Below are positions 15,558 to 24,517 of a stretch of 64,000 nucleotides of DNA, piece by piece. Positions within the stretch are counted from its first letter, which is position 1. Every line of letters begins with the position of its first letter. The stretch lies in the IMG/VR virus record IMGVR_UViG_3300024358_000009, positions 1 to 64,000 of that record. One strand, 5' to 3'. A program made the position numbers and the translations under genes. The notes below the pieces were generated by a model. The model saw nothing but the letters and a program-made list of their open reading frames with translations, did no database searches and was not told the origin of the DNA.

Positions 15558-15876
15558 ACCAAAAGTAATGCCTTCTGGTCAAATCTGTAAAAGAGTCAAG
15601 GTTAAATGCGATTGCGGTAAAGAAAAAATTGTTTATTTAAATAATATACATAACGGAAGAACTATTAGTTGCGGGTGTTTTAAAAAAGACTTTATAATAA
15701 AATGGAATAAGCAAGATTTAGACACAAATCTTTTAATAGAATATAAAAATGAAATAATGACATTGGCTGAATTTTGCAGAAGAACTAATTTAGATTATAG
15801 TTTTGCTAGAAATAGATATATAATGGGATGGGAGCCAGAAGATATTGTAAACAAACCAAAAAGACATAAAAAATGA
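15520..15876 (+). CDS. HNH-associated DNA-binding module protein, nuclease core apparently absent
   Basis: GRLTIL...KCDCG...G.TISCGC N-module and EYKNEIMTLAEF...RNR...GW C-module; no HNH core between them. Confidence 0.55.
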   Translation: MRIGRLTILEEVEPKVMPSGQICKRVKVKCDCGKEKIVYLNNIHNGRTISCGCFKKDFIIKWNKQDLDTNLLIEYKNEIMTLAEFCRRTNLDYSFARNRYIMGWEPEDIVNKPKRHKK

Positions 15877-16124
15877 CAACTGAGTTATTGTTTTTTAATG
15901 TTTGGCTTGAATACATAGGTGCTGATAAGAAAAAAAAGAGAAAGCTCGTTTTTAAAACAAACGATTTTAATGAAGCTGCCACAAAATTAATAACGAATGA
16001 ATATTTAAAAGAATATCTTTTTATGCCAAAATGCGTTGTAATACTTGAAGACACATTTGGTAATGATTTGAGAACAAAACCAGTTTTTAAAAATGACAAA
16101 TTCTTTTTATTACCAGAAAAATGA
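15873..16124 (+). CDS. hypothetical protein
   Basis: ATGA coupling. Confidence 0.55.
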   Translation: MTTELLFFNVWLEYIGADKKKKRKLVFKTNDFNEAATKLITNEYLKEYLFMPKCVVILEDTFGNDLRTKPVFKNDKFFLLPEK

Positions 16125-16555
16125 AAAAAGTATTTTTTACATACAATGATGAGAAATATTATATAATTGCTGGGAAAACAGCAAAAAAACAAAAAGATTT
16201 ACTTCGGTGCGGATGGAAAACACTACTCAGTGTTTTATGTAGAGAATCATTTCCAAATATAGAAAAAGTAACAGAAAAAACAAACAATAATCATATAATA
16301 ACAGTTCCAAATTTTGAAGAATTAGTTTTTTTTGTTATAAATCTAAAGATAGATGGTAAAAAAGTATTTGTAGTTACATCTAATGAAAAAGTATTATCTA
16401 TAAAAATGAAAAAATTTGGTAAATGGATTGCCAAATTAGAATGTGGTCATGTTTTTTTAATGGATAGCTCTGTAGATGATTATAGGTTTGTAAAAAGAGT
16501 ATTTTGTCCAACATGCATGGAGCAAACAGATGATTCAATTTTTGAACAACCTTAA
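16121..16555 (+). CDS. hypothetical Zn-binding protein (WxxKLECGH...CxxC)
   Basis: WIAKLECGH and FCPTC; paralog of 9900..10292. Confidence 0.6.
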   Translation: MKKVFFTYNDEKYYIIAGKTAKKQKDLLRCGWKTLLSVLCRESFPNIEKVTEKTNNNHIITVPNFEELVFFVINLKIDGKKVFVVTSNEKVLSIKMKKFGKWIAKLECGHVFLMDSSVDDYRFVKRVFCPTCMEQTDDSIFEQP

Positions 16556-17105
16556 AAAATTCTTAGAAAATAAAGATAGTTGCTGTGAGTTAAATCCAGT
16601 ATTAAATATTAACAACGAAAGAGTTGTTTTTATAACATCTAACAATTATTTAATTTCAAAGTATTTTTTTAATATAGTTAAAACTTATGCCATAGAACAA
16701 GATATGGATATACTAGAAAATTCAAAAAATTTTATGAGTATGGAAAAGTCATTAGATAATTTAATGGCACTAATAAAAGAGTCATGCAATAACAATAAAA
16801 AACATATAATTATGTTGAACAACTTTGATGTTTTTTTTGATGACGAGACTTGTTTGGGTGTTGCAAAAGAACTTATTGACTATATTAAAAATCCATCTGA
16901 TGATTTTTGTGGTATAGTTTTTTTAACGAATAGGTCAAAATCAATAGAACCATTTTTAATGGAATCTCCTTCTCATTTAAAAATCAATCAAGTTTGGTGT
17001 CTTGGTGAATATGTTTGTCGCAAAATCGAAGAAAAGAGTATGGAGAAGTTATTGGCTGAGTCAATTGATGCTGTTAATAAAACTCTTGCTTGTAAATATT
17101 TTTAA
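16530..17105 (+). CDS. hypothetical protein, possibly degenerate AAA+ fold
   Basis: IIMLNNFDVFF Walker-B-like and IVFLTN sensor-1-like; no Walker A. Confidence 0.35.
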   Translation: MIQFLNNLKKFLENKDSCCELNPVLNINNERVVFITSNNYLISKYFFNIVKTYAIEQDMDILENSKNFMSMEKSLDNLMALIKESCNNNKKHIIMLNNFDVFFDDETCLGVAKELIDYIKNPSDDFCGIVFLTNRSKSIEPFLMESPSHLKINQVWCLGEYVCRKIEEKSMEKLLAESIDAVNKTLACKYF

Positions 17106-17168
17106 GGGAATTTTTATAGGCATTACTATTTATATCCTTATAAAAACTTTTAAGTTGAGGAATTTTTT

Positions 17169-17585
17169 ATGAAGTCTGTTCGTTCTGATCTAAACAGTGA
17201 GATGTATTGTAAAAGCGGTTGCCTTATAGTTATGCCTTTGGAAAACTTTCAAGAACTTGTTGGTTACTCAGATGATGAAGATCCAGAAATTGTATCTACA
17301 ATTATTAATAATGGTGGCGATATCGTTACTATAGATGGATATGTAAATATAGAAATAAGAAAAAAATTCACATTGAATGAAGACGGAACAAATAATACCA
17401 TAGTTCAAATTGCTCCAAAAACAGAACATAAAGAATTTGTAAGAATGTTAAACAAGAATGAAAAGACTCTAGAGGAATATGCATTACAACGAAAGAAAGA
17501 GCATAATCTTTCTACTGAAGAAATGATAAGCACTTTTACTGATATTAAAAATCAATACATAGAAGAGATGAACTTAAATGATTAA
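17169..17585 (+). CDS. hypothetical protein
   Basis: GAGGA RBS. Confidence 0.65.
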   Translation: MKSVRSDLNSEMYCKSGCLIVMPLENFQELVGYSDDEDPEIVSTIINNGGDIVTIDGYVNIEIRKKFTLNEDGTNNTIVQIAPKTEHKEFVRMLNKNEKTLEEYALQRKKEHNLSTEEMISTFTDIKNQYIEEMNLND

Positions 17586-18189
17586 GACAGAAAACATAAA
17601 AGATCGAATTGAAAAAGGCAATTTATTAGCAGATCAAGTTGCAAAATATTTAAATCATAGATTTGGATATAACTTTCAAAAATGCAGCTTAGAAGAAGAT
17701 AGAAATCTAATGATAGATTATAAATGTTTAAAGCACAATAAAACCGCTCAATTTAAGTGTCGTGATAATCAATCCGATATTATATATGAATACATGAAAT
17801 TTATTCCTAGAAATGAAAGTTTTGAAACTGTTCATGGTAGAGATGTAAGAACCAAGTCAGATTTTTATGTATGTTTGTCTTCAGATAAACAAACCATAGT
17901 TGTTTCTAGTACTGAAAAAATCAAAGAAATCGCTAATAAATCTGTTAATCAAGAAATTATTAATGATGTGCAAAAAATATATAATGAAGCAAAAAAGAAA
18001 AATAACAAAAGCAAATTTTTAAAATCTAATTCAAAACATTCAGAGATATGTTTTAAAATAGACGAAGGTAGAGACACTAAAGAATATGGAAAGTTATTAA
18101 TTTTTATTCCTTATAAATCCATACCAAATGCTATAGTAATTGAATTACAAGACGGCGAAAACATCTTAGAAGAAAGCAGTTGGAAATAA
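17578..18189 (+). CDS. putative PD-(D/E)xK nuclease-fold protein
   Basis: EEDRNLMIDY...AQFKCR resembles the D...(Q/E)xK core. Confidence 0.45.
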   Translation: MIKTENIKDRIEKGNLLADQVAKYLNHRFGYNFQKCSLEEDRNLMIDYKCLKHNKTAQFKCRDNQSDIIYEYMKFIPRNESFETVHGRDVRTKSDFYVCLSSDKQTIVVSSTEKIKEIANKSVNQEIINDVQKIYNEAKKKNNKSKFLKSNSKHSEICFKIDEGRDTKEYGKLLIFIPYKSIPNAIVIELQDGENILEESSWK

Positions 18190-19430
18190 TGCCATACTTT
18201 TCTATAACAACACCAACAAACAATGGCCAGTATTTACCTAGATTGTCTAGGTCTTTAGCAGAACAAACATTTAAAGATTTTGAATGGATTGTTTTGCCAA
18301 ATGGAAATGCAAAAATAGATATGGAATCTTTGGCTGTTAAGCCAAGAATAATAAAATCTTCTAAGCCAGATTCAAAGTTAATAGGTTTATTTAAAAAAGA
18401 AGCTTCTATGGCTGGAAATTGCCATGTAGTCGTTGAAGTTGATCATGACGATGAGTTAACGCCTGATTGTTTGCAAGAACTTTATAACGCATTTAATAAA
18501 GACCAAGACATTGATTTTGCATACTCTAATTGTGCTGAAATTGATTTTAACGACAGACCATTTGTATATTCTGACTATTTTGGCTGGAGGAACAGACCAT
18601 TTAATTATAAAGGCAGAGAAATATTAGAACTAATATCATTTGAGCCTTCAGCAGCTTCTTTTTCTAAGATTTGGTTTTCTCCAAACCATGTTAGGGCATG
18701 GAAAAAATCATTTTATGAAAAGATAGGCGGTCATAATGACAAGATGGAAGTTTTAGACGACCATGAAATCCTTTGCAGAACATATATTCAAGGAAAAGTG
18801 CATTTTATAGACAAGTGTTTATATATTTATTACAGACATAAAGATAATACATGCTACGGAGAAAAGAATGCATTTATTCAGGAAGAAACGCTAAACATTC
18901 ATGATAAGTATATTTATCAACTAGCTGAAAAGTGGTGCGATTTAAACGGATTATTAAAAATAGATTTGTGTGGAGGTTTTAGCAAACCAAATGGGTATAA
19001 GTCTATCGATCTTTTAAATGGTGATATTATTCATGACCTTAATTCTCCGTGGCCTTTTAAAAATGAAGAAGTTGGTCTTATAAGAGCACATGATGCACTA
19101 GAACATCTTAAAGACCCAATTCATGTTATGAAAGAGGCTTATAGATGTTTAAAGCCACTGGGATGGTTTTTAACGCAAACTCCATCAACTGACGGAAGAG
19201 GTGCTTTTCAAGATCCAACACATATTAGTTTTTGGAACAGTAATAGCTTTTGGTATTACACTAAAGCAGAAACAGCTAAATACATTGGAACTCCAGTAAG
19301 ATTTCAATTAAATAGAATTAAAAACTTCTTTCCAAATGAATATTGCAAAACACATAATATTCTTTATGTAAAAGCCGATCTTGTTAAAGTTTCAAATGAT
19401 ATTAGAATACCAGGAGAAGTTTCTATTTAG
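18189..19430 (+). CDS. GT2 glycosyltransferase fused to class I methyltransferase domain
   Basis: FSITTPT, VEVDHDD; C-terminal IDLCGG...HDLNSPWPF...HDALEHL. Confidence 0.85.
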   Translation: MPYFSITTPTNNGQYLPRLSRSLAEQTFKDFEWIVLPNGNAKIDMESLAVKPRIIKSSKPDSKLIGLFKKEASMAGNCHVVVEVDHDDELTPDCLQELYNAFNKDQDIDFAYSNCAEIDFNDRPFVYSDYFGWRNRPFNYKGREILELISFEPSAASFSKIWFSPNHVRAWKKSFYEKIGGHNDKMEVLDDHEILCRTYIQGKVHFIDKCLYIYYRHKDNTCYGEKNAFIQEETLNIHDKYIYQLAEKWCDLNGLLKIDLCGGFSKPNGYKSIDLLNGDIIHDLNSPWPFKNEEVGLIRAHDALEHLKDPIHVMKEAYRCLKPLGWFLTQTPSTDGRGAFQDPTHISFWNSNSFWYYTKAETAKYIGTPVRFQLNRIKNFFPNEYCKTHNILYVKADLVKVSNDIRIPGEVSI

Positions 19431-19866
19431 CTATTTTTAAAAATTTCTCTTGTTGATCTTTTGGACCAGCAAACTTAATTGAGTTTGATCCAAATTTTCT
19501 TATTAATACCAACATATGTTTTGCTATGTAATTAATTACTGATCTTCCTAGTTCAGAGTCAGAAGCATTTTCCCAAACTTCTTGACCAAGCATATGGGCA
19601 AATCCTAAATCATTTTGTTTAGGTGCTGGATAAAACATTAATCCTAAATTATTTGGTCTTATGCTTTCATCGCCAGGGAGTATTCCAAGAACCCATGAGC
19701 AAGACCATTTTCTACAAATATCTGGCCTTGTATCATAAATCATACATCCTTTGTTTTGATGATGACAACTTGTATATTCTGGTTTATTTAATTCTTGAAC
19801 AATCAAAATTGTGCAACAAACATCGCATTCTCCACAGTGTCTATCTGCCAAAGGCAAGTTAATCAT
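19423..19866 (-). CDS. YkgJ-like CxxCxxCC metal-binding protein
   Basis: RHCGECDVCC, C.H...GC.IYDTRPDICRKWSC. Confidence 0.75.
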   Translation of the reverse strand: MINLPLADRHCGECDVCCTILIVQELNKPEYTSCHHQNKGCMIYDTRPDICRKWSCSWVLGILPGDESIRPNNLGLMFYPAPKQNDLGFAHMLGQEVWENASDSELGRSVINYIAKHMLVLIRKFGSNSIKFAGPKDQQEKFLKIAK

Positions 19867-19867
19867 C

Positions 19868-20383
19868 TTATTCTCCTGACCATATTTTTTCTTCTGGGCC
19901 TAATAATCTAGCTAAAGTAAATAAAAAATCGCTTAATCTATTTATGTATATAACAATGTTTTTAAGATATTGGTGAACTTCCATTAATTTAACTAAATCA
20001 ATTTCAACCCTACGACATACTGCTCTAGCAAGATGAATTTCGCAATGATTAAATGGTATAATAAAATTTTTAAGTGGCTTTAAATGTTTTGTCATCTCAT
20101 CAATTTTTTGCTCAAGTTGTTTAATGTGATCTTCTTTAATTCTTTCTTTTCCGGTAGCTATTTCAGCACCTATATCAAATAAATGTTTCTGTGTTTCAAC
20201 AATAAAATCGTAAATGTTTTGAACTTTAAGTTCTAATATATATCTTTGATTTACAAGACCTATTGAAGCATTAAGCTCATCCACGCTTCCAAGAAGTTGA
20301 ATATGTGGATCGGTTTTTGGAACACGCCCAACTTTTGGCAAAAGAGTTGTTCCATCATCTCCAGTTTTAGTATAAACCTTCAT
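19868..20383 (-). CDS. pduO: ATP:cob(I)alamin adenosyltransferase, PduO/MMAB type
   Basis: KVYTKTGDDGTT, GSVDELNASIG, LFDIGAEIA, HLARAVCRRVE, YINRLSDFLFTLAR. Confidence 0.92.
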   Translation of the reverse strand: MKVYTKTGDDGTTLLPKVGRVPKTDPHIQLLGSVDELNASIGLVNQRYILELKVQNIYDFIVETQKHLFDIGAEIATGKERIKEDHIKQLEQKIDEMTKHLKPLKNFIIPFNHCEIHLARAVCRRVEIDLVKLMEVHQYLKNIVIYINRLSDFLFTLARLLGPEEKIWSGE

Positions 20384-21023
20384 TTTTGCTCCAATCTAAG
20401 ATTTTTATCTTTGATTCCATACCTATTTTTGTAAAAGGAAATCCATGAAAGCCAAATGGTTTTTCATTATATTCTTCTGTTTTATGTTCTATTGAAAATT
20501 CAAAAGCCGTTCTTAAATCTGGAAATTTAAACTCGTTTTTTATTAATTCATCATAAGAGTGATAACATATTTCTAAATCTTCATTAAATATGATTGGTTT
20601 ATTTTGATATTTATTTGATATATGTTCCATTAATTTTTTTGACCTTAGACTAAAACCGCCATTGCCAACTTTATTTACATGATCATGATTTTTCCAAGGA
20701 GCACCAATATAATCATACTGTAAAAATTTTTCTGACCAAGAATCTGGATTAATTACAAATCCATCATATTGAATTAATAAAACATATTCTGTATTTATAT
20801 ATTTCACTAAATCACGCAAAATAAAAGCACTATATTCTTCCTTGCTATTTATTTTTTTTACTTGTATGAATTCTATTCTGTCTGTTTTTAGTTCATTTTT
20901 ATCAGATATAAATATACATCTTTTAAAATTTATACTTTGCATACTATATAACATGGCAGAAATTGCTTTTTTATGATTTAAGCAATCAACAGCACACAAA
21001 GTAATATTATTTAGTGAAATCAT
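20367..21023 (-). CDS. DUF5672-like protein (GT-A-like)
   Basis: LLIQYDGFVINP..W...FLQYDYIGAPW, VGNGGFSLRS, NED. Confidence 0.75.
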   Translation of the reverse strand: MISLNNITLCAVDCLNHKKAISAMLYSMQSINFKRCIFISDKNELKTDRIEFIQVKKINSKEEYSAFILRDLVKYINTEYVLLIQYDGFVINPDSWSEKFLQYDYIGAPWKNHDHVNKVGNGGFSLRSKKLMEHISNKYQNKPIIFNEDLEICYHSYDELIKNEFKFPDLRTAFEFSIEHKTEEYNEKPFGFHGFPFTKIGMESKIKILDWSKNEGLY

Positions 21024-21507
21024 AAAGACATATTAATCTTTTTGTATTAGAGTCAATAGCTATTTTTTCTAATATTGGTATTTCTTCAAACCATTCAAAT
21101 AAAGTTTCCTCACTTATATTATGATGACAATCATTTGGTCTATTCCACTTGTATGGAACTGATACTATGAGTTTATTAACTATTTTTTTAAGTTCATTAA
21201 ATACATTTTTTTGTCTTCCTTCAAAATGTTCAAATGCTTGTAAGCATATAGCTAAATCAAACTTATGATTGAATGTCCAAGGTGTAATTGTACAATCAAA
21301 TACATAATTTATATGTTTGTTATGTTGTTTTTCTATTCTTACGGAATTTAAACACAACGGAAAATATGAACATCCTAATTCTAAAATAGACAGTGGATTT
21401 AAATTTTTTGCAATTTCTATTACTTCTTTATAATAATTCCATCTTTTAACAAAATATTTGTCTTCTTTACATTTTTTATCATAATCTTCTTTTGTAACAA
21501 ATTTCAT
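21007..21507 (-). CDS. class I SAM-dependent methyltransferase-like
   Basis: ILELGCS, FDLAICLQAFEHF, LIVSVPY. Confidence 0.7.
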   Translation of the reverse strand: MKFVTKEDYDKKCKEDKYFVKRWNYYKEVIEIAKNLNPLSILELGCSYFPLCLNSVRIEKQHNKHINYVFDCTITPWTFNHKFDLAICLQAFEHFEGRQKNVFNELKKIVNKLIVSVPYKWNRPNDCHHNISEETLFEWFEEIPILEKIAIDSNTKRLICLYDFTK

Positions 21508-21899
21508 TTTTTAGGACTTTTTGTTTTTATTCCTAATTGCTTATATACATTTCTTGCTTTTGGATTGTCATCTATTGCTAATATAACTTTGTCCTTAATG
21601 CTTTCTGCGTGTTTCTTTTTTGATTCTAATTGTTGTTCTTTATTGTTTCCAATATTATTCATCATTAGTCTATTATATTTAATTCCTGATTTTTTTAAAA
21701 CTTTTGTTGTTTCTGATCTATCTGATTCTGGTCTTCCTGTAACTATATAAATTTTATTTGTTTTTGCTAATTCATTAACATAATCAATCATTTTTTTAAT
21801 TGGATATATACCATTACGAATAATAGTGTTATCTATATCAACAATAACTACTGTTGATTTGCTAAAGAATTTCTCAACTTGTTGGTAAAGGTTCAGCAT
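21504..21899 (-). CDS. HAD-superfamily phosphatase (PseT C-terminal-like)
   Basis: VDIDNT, IVTGR, AIDDN. Confidence 0.8.
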   Translation of the reverse strand: MLNLYQQVEKFFSKSTVVIVDIDNTIIRNGIYPIKKMIDYVNELAKTNKIYIVTGRPESDRSETTKVLKKSGIKYNRLMMNNIGNNKEQQLESKKKHAESIKDKVILAIDDNPKARNVYKQLGIKTKSPKK

Positions 21900-22095
21900 T
21901 GTATCGCCCCATTGTAATATTCTTTGTTGCAACAACATCCTTATTAGTAAATTCCCATATTAATCCATTATTAAGAATAACAGTAAATACTTTCTCTATT
22001 TCAGTGCCATATTCAGTAACTAACCAAATTCTTCCCCTACCTTTTGGAGTTTCTACTTCTAATTCTTGTCTTGGTTCATATATCACAATTGGCAT
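21874..22095 (-). CDS. conserved phage hypothetical protein
   Basis: ETPKGRG...EYGTE...IWEFTN.D.....NITMGR pattern. Confidence 0.65.
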   Translation of the reverse strand: MPIVIYEPRQELEVETPKGRGRIWLVTEYGTEIEKVFTVILNNGLIWEFTNKDVVATKNITMGRYNAEPLPTS

Positions 22096-22756
22096 TTTTA
22101 ATCTCTATCGCAGAATCTCTTCTGCATAAATCTTGATATAATTTTTTATCTTTCGACCATTCTTTGCCTGTCCACCACTCAAATCCATTCAATTCACTTT
22201 TATAAATACAGCATTCTTCGTAACCACCCATCATATAATAATAAATACACCCAGATTTTTTAGCTAAAGTAGTTTCAATTAGCGTACTAACATTTCCTAA
22301 AGAAAGTTGTGGTTTTTTATAATCCCACGCAAATTGAACTCCGACAAAAGATTTTTTAAAAAGCTTATAACAAACAAACCCTATCAATTCTGATTCATAA
22401 AAATATTGAATTGAATTTTCTAACATAAGCTCATTATCAAAAACATGTTCGCTAAGAAAACCTCTTTTTGTTTGATAACACTTTGATATTCTTTCAACAT
22501 CTTCCTTAGATGGTTTTCCTAATTGATATTCTATCTTTTTGCTTATTTTTTTTGTTTTTTTATGGCATTCTAGTTCTGACAAGTTATACCTTATTGATCT
22601 TGCTTGAAACCAATAATCGTTCCAAGGTAACCAACCATTTTCTAATAAATTATCTAAATCGTCATTAATTTCTGGGTATCCAAAAACACCACAGTGAATT
22701 AAATCTTGATTAGATATTTTTCCAAAACCATTTATATGATCAAAAAATATTTTCAT
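22076..22756 (-). CDS. arginyl/leucyl-tRNA-protein transferase-like (ATE1/Bpt family)
   Basis: LLENGW, C-terminal FAWDY....SLG....LIE...AK..G..YYYMMGGY..C.IYK...GFEW. Confidence 0.65.
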   Translation of the reverse strand: MKIFFDHINGFGKISNQDLIHCGVFGYPEINDDLDNLLENGWLPWNDYWFQARSIRYNLSELECHKKTKKISKKIEYQLGKPSKEDVERISKCYQTKRGFLSEHVFDNELMLENSIQYFYESELIGFVCYKLFKKSFVGVQFAWDYKKPQLSLGNVSTLIETTLAKKSGCIYYYMMGGYEECCIYKSELNGFEWWTGKEWSKDKKLYQDLCRRDSAIEIKNANCDI

Positions 22757-22757
22757 G

Positions 22758-22786
22758 TAAATATTTACACTTAATTAACGAATAAG
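22758..22786 (+). promoter_or_regulatory. repeated promoter motif TAAA-N16-ACGAATAAG
   Basis: Fills the divergent gap between 22756(-) and 22807(+). Confidence 0.75.
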
Positions 22787-22806
22787 TATAAAAAACAGGA
22801 GTTTAT

Positions 22807-23280
22807 ATGAATATTTTTGCATTAGATTTAAACACCAAACAAGCTGCTGAATGGCATGTAGATAAACATGTAGTCAAAATGCCATTAGAAAGTGCCCAAA
22901 TGCTTTGTACAGTTCTTAATCAACTTGGAGTTAAAACACCATATAAATCAGCTTATGCAAAACATCCATGCACTATTTGGGCAGGAGAAAGCATGGATAA
23001 TTTTATTTGGTTATGTGAACTTGGATTAGAACTTTGTAAAGAGTATACTTATCGTTATGAAAAAGAACATAAGTGTGAAGCTATTATTAAAGAGTGTTTA
23101 ACATATTCTTGTAAAGTTCCAAATAAAGGACTTACAAAATTTGCTCAAGCTATGCCAGAAGAATTAAAAAAAGACAATCCAATAGATGGTTATAGAGAAT
23201 ATTACATAAGGTGTAAATATCATATAGCATCTTGGAAAAAAAGAAATATTCCTTTTTGGTTTATAAAATATGAAACTTAA
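22807..23280 (+). CDS. pyrimidine dimer DNA glycosylase / DenV family protein
   Basis: MNIFALD...HVDKHVVKMPLESAQML, HPCTIW, YREYY. Confidence 0.85.
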   Translation: MNIFALDLNTKQAAEWHVDKHVVKMPLESAQMLCTVLNQLGVKTPYKSAYAKHPCTIWAGESMDNFIWLCELGLELCKEYTYRYEKEHKCEAIIKECLTYSCKVPNKGLTKFAQAMPEELKKDNPIDGYREYYIRCKYHIASWKKRNIPFWFIKYET

Positions 23281-23866
23281 CATCGTTACTGTTCTATGGA
23301 GAAAAAACTATATATTAGAACAGTATAAAACAATACCTAAAAAACCAGACATTAATTGGATTTTATGTAAAACAAATTTGTGGGGAAAGATACCAAATCA
23401 AATTTTATTTAATACAGAATTAAATACAATTGTTTTAGAAACTAAAATTAAAACTAAAAATAAAACAGAGCATATAACAGATTTTGTTTTAAAAATTAAC
23501 CATGGATTAAAAAATGTAGAACATGGTTTTTTTTATATTTTAGATGATGATAATTCATTTAATAATGAAATTTATAATGTATTTAATGAATATAAAAATT
23601 CTAATTATAAAATGATAATAGGAAATCAAATAAGAAATAAAAGAGGAAAAATTCTTTCGGCTCAATATCCAAAGCATGGATGTATAGATATGGGAAATGT
23701 TATTTGTTCAACAGATATTTTTAATAAAGTAGATTATTTTAATAACATAAACAAAAAAAATCGTTTATATGATTGGCAATTTTGGTTAGAATGTTTTAAT
23801 TCTATATCAAAAGATGATGTTTTGCTTTTACATAAAAATATTTTTAATTATAATGGATTAAGATAA
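23270..23866 (+). CDS. glycosyltransferase family 2-like
   Basis: FYILDDDN, IDMGN, DWQF. Confidence 0.6.
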   Translation: MKLNIVTVLWRKNYILEQYKTIPKKPDINWILCKTNLWGKIPNQILFNTELNTIVLETKIKTKNKTEHITDFVLKINHGLKNVEHGFFYILDDDNSFNNEIYNVFNEYKNSNYKMIIGNQIRNKRGKILSAQYPKHGCIDMGNVICSTDIFNKVDYFNNINKKNRLYDWQFWLECFNSISKDDVLLLHKNIFNYNGLR

Positions 23867-24516
23867 TGTCAGCTATAGGTGCTCACAAAATAACTGAAGA
23901 TTTTGAAAAAAAACTATGTGATTATACTGGTTCTCCATACGCAGTTGCTCTTGATAATATGAGCAATGCTTTATTTTTATCTCTTTATTTTGAAAAAAAT
24001 ATAAAAAAATCAATAAAAGAAGATTATATAATTATTCCATCAAGAACATATCCTTCTGTTCCTTGTGAAATAATTCATGCTGGACTTAAAGTTAAATTTG
24101 AAAATACTAATGAAAAAATGTTAAAAGGTGCTTACCAATTAAAAAATTCTAATGTTTGGGATTCGGCATTAAGATTTACAGCTGATATGTATATACCTAA
24201 TTCTTATATGTGCATATCTTTTACTGGTCCATATAAAATATTAAAATTAAGTAAGGGTGGTGCTATTTTAACAGATGATATAGAAGCTGTTAAATGGTTT
24301 AAAAGGGCTAGGTTTAGCGGAAGAAGAGAATGTTCTTATCATGAAGATAATTTTGATATGCTTGGTTGGAATTTTTATATGATGCCAGAATTAGCAGCAA
24401 GAGGATTATTACTTATGTCTGGCTTTTATAATAGTGATAATACAAAAAAACATATTGAAGATTTAGAATTGCCGTATCCAGATTTAAGCAATTTTAAAAT
24501 ATATAGCGAAAAATAA
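23866..24516 (+). CDS. DegT/DnrJ/EryC1/StrS PLP-dependent aminotransferase-like (short form)
   Basis: FEKKLC.YTG..YAVA..N.SNAL.LSL, WDSA, SFT..YKIL..SKGGAILTDD, GWNFYM. Confidence 0.8.
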   Translation: MSAIGAHKITEDFEKKLCDYTGSPYAVALDNMSNALFLSLYFEKNIKKSIKEDYIIIPSRTYPSVPCEIIHAGLKVKFENTNEKMLKGAYQLKNSNVWDSALRFTADMYIPNSYMCISFTGPYKILKLSKGGAILTDDIEAVKWFKRARFSGRRECSYHEDNFDMLGWNFYMMPELAARGLLLMSGFYNSDNTKKHIEDLELPYPDLSNFKIYSEK

Positions 24517-24517
24517 A

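Noticed and set aside
16926-16934. ACGAATAGG as another promoter copy
   Set aside because: Intragenic, mismatched and without the upstream TAAA at the required spacing
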